This document shows, piece by piece, positions 43,910 to 47,847 of a stretch of 47,847 bases of DNA (positions within the stretch are counted from its first letter, which is position 1; each line of letters starts with the position of its first letter). Both the position numbers and the translations under genes were made by a program. The notes beneath the pieces were generated by a model that saw only the letters and a program-made list of their open reading frames with translations, was not told where the DNA came from and searched no databases. This DNA is from a virus (Duplodnaviria; Caudoviricetes), in IMG/VR virus record IMGVR_UViG_3300043596_000006, positions 1 through 47,847 of that record. One strand, 5' to 3'.

Positions 43910-44438
43910 CGTCCATGCGCTCATGAGCCCCAGTGATTATCACTGGGTCAACTACGATGATGATAAGTTCGACAAATCGTTCTACACAAGGATGGATGCC
44001 GCCCGAGGAACACGACTCCATGAGTTGGCGCACCGTCTGATCCAGGAGCGAGTCAAGCTTCCTGATTTGCAGAAGACATTGAACATGTACGTGAACGATG
44101 GTGTTGGATTTAAGATGGAATCTGAGTATGTGCTCTACTACTCGGACAATTGTTTTGGAACTACAGACAGTTTCATATTCCGAAACAACACCCTTCGAAT
44201 TCACGATCTGAAGAATGGAAAGACACCAGCTTCGATGATGCAGTTGAAGATCTACGCTGCATTGTTCTGTCTAGACTTCAAGATGAACCCTTTCGATATT
44301 CAAATTGAACTTCGCATTTACCAGAATGATCTCATCGACGTGCTTTCTCCGGATGCTGATGAGATTTTCGGTTTAATGGAGAAGATCAAGTATTTCAGCA
44401 GGAGGATCGACGCCCTTAAAGAGGAGGTGAGCTCGTGA
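43878..44438 (+). CDS. PD-(D/E)xK (Cas4-like) exonuclease
   Basis: HA.MSPS, RGTRLH, E...FGTTD, IHDLKNG and QLKIYA. Confidence 0.85.
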   Translation: MNFTRRSSLVDVHALMSPSDYHWVNYDDDKFDKSFYTRMDAARGTRLHELAHRLIQERVKLPDLQKTLNMYVNDGVGFKMESEYVLYYSDNCFGTTDSFIFRNNTLRIHDLKNGKTPASMMQLKIYAALFCLDFKMNPFDIQIELRIYQNDLIDVLSPDADEIFGLMEKIKYFSRRIDALKEEVSS

Positions 44439-47149
44439 ACATTGACGAAAAGGATTACCTGGCCCACTTCGGAATCCTCCGTAAATCGGGTCGTTATCCT
44501 TGGGGATCCGGCGAAGACACTGCTACACGATCTCGTGACTTCCTCGGAATGGTGTCCGATCTCAAGAAGCAGGGCATGAGTGATGTCGAGATCGCCAAAG
44601 GTATGGCTCTCTACACCGAAAACGGAAAGCCCTGGACCACATCCGACTTCCGTAATGCCAAGACCATCGCCAACAACGAGCAGACACAAGCCGATATTGG
44701 TCGTGCTCAGCGGTTGAGAGATAAGGGTCTATCCAACGTCAAAATCGGCGAAGCTATGGGCCGCAACGAATCGTCCGTTCGCGCTCTATTGGCTCCGGGT
44801 AAAGCTGAGAAAGCTGACGCTCTCAAAGCCACTTCGAACATGCTTCGCGGTGCGATCGCCGATAAGAAGTATATCGATGTCGGAGTTGGTACTGAGTTTT
44901 CGATGGGCATTAGTAGTACCAAGTTGAAGACCGCGGTGGCCACCCTTGAAGATGAGGGTTATAAGATCCACTATATTAAGGTCAAGCAGCTTGGTACTGG
45001 CAAGGAGACATCGATCAAGGTTCTGGCTGCCCCTGGTATTACTTACAGTGAGGTCAGTAAGAATCGTGATCAGATCTCTCTGGTCGGTCAGCGTTCATTG
45101 GATGCTGGTCATTCATTCATCGGAATTAAACCCCCTCTTGATGTCCATCCCGATCGTGTAGCTATTCGCTATGCTGAGCAAGGTGGCGCCGCAGCTGATG
45201 GCGTGATGTATGTTCGTCGTGGTGTGCCGGATATTTCACTAGGAGCAGCGAACTATGCGCAGGTTCGCGTTCAAGTCGGTGGAACTCACTACATCAAGGG
45301 CATGGCTATCTACAAGGATGATCTGCCTGCCAGTGTGGATATCCTGTTCAACACGAACAAGAGCAACACAGGCAGCAAACTCGACGCCCTGAAGCCACTT
45401 AAGACAGTGGGCAAGGATGGACCCATCGATACCGAGAACCCATTCGGTACCTTCGTTGATCAGATTCTCAACGAAAAGGGCGAAGTATCATCAGCTATGA
45501 ATAAGGTCAACGATGAGGGCGATTGGGACAAATGGTCTCGCACCCTATCGTCTCAGTTCTTGTCTAAGCAGCACCCAGCTCTCGCTAAGACACAGCTGAA
45601 TATGACCTTCGAGAAGAAGCAGCAGGAGCTTGAAGGAATCAAGGCATTGACGAATCCTCTAGTTCGTAAGACTCTTCTTGATAAGTTCGCTGATGGTGCA
45701 GACTCATCGTCTGTTCATCTGAAGGCTGCTGCTCTTCCTCGTCAGGCGACTAAGGTTATTCTCCCAGTTAACTCGATGAAGCCCGGCGAAGTCTACGCTC
45801 CGAGCTTCAACAACGGAGAACGAGTCGTTCTGATTCGTCACCCTCACGGCGGAACCTTCGAGATCCCTGAGTTGGTAGTCAACAACAAGAACGCAGAAGC
45901 AAGGAAGCTACTCGGAACCAGCACAACAGATGCTATCGGTATTCACAGCAGTGTCGCTAACAAGCTCTCTGGCGCAGACTTTGATGGCGATACAGTTCTG
46001 GTTATTCCGAATGACAGAGGTGCTGTTAAGCATGCCCCTGCTTTGAAAGAGCTAGGCAACTTCGATGCTAAGGCTGATTACCCACATTATGAGGGTATGA
46101 AAGTAATGCATAAGAAAGACGTCCAAGCTGAGATGGGTGGTATTTCTAACCTCATCACCGACATGACGATTCAAGGTGCAAACAATGGCGAACTAGCGCG
46201 CGCAGTCCGCCATTCAATGGTCGTCATTGATGCTGAGAAGCACAAGCTTGATTACAAGAGATCTGCCATTGACAATGGAATTGCTCAGCTTAAGAAGCGC
46301 TATCAAGGTGGAGCAACAGCTGGCGCAAGCACTCTCATTTCGAGGGCCAAGTCAGAGGTCCGAATACCTGATCGGAAAGCACGAACAGTTGGCAAGGGTG
46401 GGCCAATTGATCTTAAGACTGGAGAGAAGAAGTTCGAGGAAACTGGTGTCACTACAGTTCGCCGTAAAATCAACAAGAAGACTGGTGAGGTAACTCTAGA
46501 AGATACCCCCAAGCTGATCAAGTCGGTGAAGCTGGCTGAGACTACTGATGCCCATACCCTGTCGTCCGGTACTCGTATTGAACAGGTGTATGCAGATCAC
46601 TCGAACAAGCTCAAGGCATTGGCTAATACAGCACGCCTTGCCTCTGTCCATACCAAGACTACAAATTACTCCCCCTCTGCTAGCAAAGTCTATGCTTCTG
46701 AAGTAGCGTCCCTTAGTCAGAAGTTGACCACCGCTCTTGAGAACGCCCCCCGTGAGAGACAAGCCCAGCTCCTAGCAAACGCCATCCTCTCCCAAAAGAG
46801 GGCGGCTAATCCGGAGATGGAACCATCTGACGTCAAGAAGCTCAAAGGTCACGCGCTTGCAGAGGCCCGTATCAGAACCGGTGCCGATAAGCAACGCATT
46901 GAGATCACAGATCGCGAGTGGACTGCAATTCAGGCTGGTGCAATCAGTAACGAACGTCTAGGTCAGATCTTGGCTAACACAGATCTAGACCGCATCAAGG
47001 AGTTGGCTACACCACGCACTATAACAACCATGACAAGTGACAAGAAGCTCCGTGCTGAGGCCATGCTCATGTCTGGGTACACCCAGTCTGAGGTAGCAGC
47101 ACAGCTAGGTGTCTCTGTCAGTACCCTACAGAGAAGTGTTAGTGGGTGA
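44435..47149 (+). CDS. Putative single-chain two-barrel (YonO/RdRP-like) RNA polymerase with HTH domains and LxHFG leader
   Basis: AQVR...IKGM, VVLIRHPH, LSGADFDGDTV (DFDGD at 45977-45991), ISNLI and VVIDAEK in the order seen in two-barrel polymerases; HTH-like segments at both ends. Confidence 0.8.
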   Translation: MNIDEKDYLAHFGILRKSGRYPWGSGEDTATRSRDFLGMVSDLKKQGMSDVEIAKGMALYTENGKPWTTSDFRNAKTIANNEQTQADIGRAQRLRDKGLSNVKIGEAMGRNESSVRALLAPGKAEKADALKATSNMLRGAIADKKYIDVGVGTEFSMGISSTKLKTAVATLEDEGYKIHYIKVKQLGTGKETSIKVLAAPGITYSEVSKNRDQISLVGQRSLDAGHSFIGIKPPLDVHPDRVAIRYAEQGGAAADGVMYVRRGVPDISLGAANYAQVRVQVGGTHYIKGMAIYKDDLPASVDILFNTNKSNTGSKLDALKPLKTVGKDGPIDTENPFGTFVDQILNEKGEVSSAMNKVNDEGDWDKWSRTLSSQFLSKQHPALAKTQLNMTFEKKQQELEGIKALTNPLVRKTLLDKFADGADSSSVHLKAAALPRQATKVILPVNSMKPGEVYAPSFNNGERVVLIRHPHGGTFEIPELVVNNKNAEARKLLGTSTTDAIGIHSSVANKLSGADFDGDTVLVIPNDRGAVKHAPALKELGNFDAKADYPHYEGMKVMHKKDVQAEMGGISNLITDMTIQGANNGELARAVRHSMVVIDAEKHKLDYKRSAIDNGIAQLKKRYQGGATAGASTLISRAKSEVRIPDRKARTVGKGGPIDLKTGEKKFEETGVTTVRRKINKKTGEVTLEDTPKLIKSVKLAETTDAHTLSSGTRIEQVYADHSNKLKALANTARLASVHTKTTNYSPSASKVYASEVASLSQKLTTALENAPRERQAQLLANAILSQKRAANPEMEPSDVKKLKGHALAEARIRTGADKQRIEITDREWTAIQAGAISNERLGQILANTDLDRIKELATPRTITTMTSDKKLRAEAMLMSGYTQSEVAAQLGVSVSTLQRSVSG

Positions 47150-47391
47150 TCATGATGAGTACCACCATGCTTACCACAGTGGACAACCCGTATGATCCAC
47201 TCACTGAGTTCACTGACTGGTACGCCTTTGACGAGGCACATGGATACCATACATCAGGTATGCTTGCGAGGATCATGAAGACGTCTGATGAGCTGTCTGA
47301 TGCAGACAGAGAATCAGAGAGAATTCGTGCGATAAAAGAAGTTTTAGAAGAAAATGTTCTTGGACTTTGGAGAGTTTTCGAGTCTCCTTGA
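47146..47391 (+). CDS. Conserved hypothetical protein
   Basis: MLTTVDNPYDP..EF.DWYAFD...GY; start uncertain. Confidence 0.75.
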   Translation: MIMMSTTMLTTVDNPYDPLTEFTDWYAFDEAHGYHTSGMLARIMKTSDELSDADRESERIRAIKEVLEENVLGLWRVFESP

Positions 47392-47414
47392 GTTCGATAA
47401 CATTTTTTAGGTAA

Positions 47415-47491
47415 GGGGGAGGGGGTCTTCGCAAAAGTAGACCCCTTCCTGCATCGCCGCTGTCCTCAAAAAATCCCCGGCGGGCATTTTT
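47415..47491. other. Candidate genome end (cos) region
   Basis: Non-coding junction between the right arm and the packaging module; G-rich/C-rich inverted repeat followed by CGCCGCTGT (47455-47463). Confidence 0.55.
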
Positions 47492-47533
47492 CCCCGGAGC
47501 TTTCCAACCCCAGCACGAGAAGGAGATCAGACA

Positions 47534-47773
47534 ATGCTGTTCAAGCGGGGCAATGCTCCCCTGCAGGCTGTGGTTACGCCCGGGGCTGCCCGTACAGCTA
47601 GGACCCAGCAGTTCAACATCAACCTGTTCAACGCGAACGGCACGCCGTACCTGCCTCTCGTCGCCTCCAAGGCGACGCACCAGGCCGATACGGTGGCTGC
47701 AGACCTGGCAGCCATGAAGGTGGACTTCAACGCCCTTCTGGCTAAGCTTCAGGCTGCCGACCTGATGGCGTAA
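47534..47773 (+). CDS. Head fiber/decoration-like protein
   Basis: AAGGAG RBS; C-terminal AADLAAMKVDFNALLAKLQAA.LMA motif; 3' part duplicated at 1-141. Confidence 0.65.
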   Translation: MLFKRGNAPLQAVVTPGAARTARTQQFNINLFNANGTPYLPLVASKATHQADTVAADLAAMKVDFNALLAKLQAADLMA

Positions 47774-47847
47774 GGGTCTCAGAAAGTAGTACTAAACTAT
47801 TCGGGAAGGAGTTGAAACTGTGGCATCAAGACGAGTAAGTGAACCAG
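47633..47847. repeat. Terminal direct repeat, right copy
   Basis: Matches 1-215 with one substitution. Confidence 0.97.

Noticed and set aside
43878-44438. Cas4-like nuclease as evidence of a CRISPR system
   Set aside because: Solo PD-(D/E)xK exonucleases are common in phage replication modules
1-47847. Lysogeny module (integrase/repressor)
   Set aside because: No tyrosine or serine recombinase motifs and no divergent repressor gene found; all credible genes are on the + strand

Overview
The window is an apparently complete, all-plus-strand, probably lytic siphovirus genome with a unit length of about 47,632 bp; positions 1-215 recur at 47633-47847 with one mismatch. Gene order and motifs resemble actinobacteriophages of the AM/AU/AW/BI/CC/DJ type (from recollection, not from a search). 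The left arm encodes HNH nuclease, endolysin, terminase, portal, protease-capsid fusion, two paralogous tail-tube genes, tape measure, baseplate/tail proteins and holin. The right arm encodes many small membrane proteins, a 1277-aa helicase-primase-exonuclease-PolB fusion, SSB, SF2 helicase, an AT-rich origin candidate and nucleases. No integrase, repressor, tRNA or CRISPR array was seen. The most notable signal is a candidate self-contained transcription and delivery system with three parts. (i) A 904-aa protein (44435-47149) carries the two-barrel RNA polymerase motifs, including GADFDGD, flanked by HTH domains. (ii) An N-terminal LxHFG...WG leader is shared by this protein and three head-module proteins, two of them via an exact 63-nt repeat; LxH also recurs five times in the capsid precursor linker. 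(iii) A 29-bp promoter-like motif (TCGCR-N6-ACA-N5-TATARTGAGA) occurs 7 times plus one degenerate copy and heads promoter-RBS-ORF-terminator cassettes and one ORF-less hairpin RNA. Other observations are genes nested out of frame inside the helicase, a candidate multi-branch ncRNA, and a cluster of tiny transmembrane peptides interspersed with hairpins.
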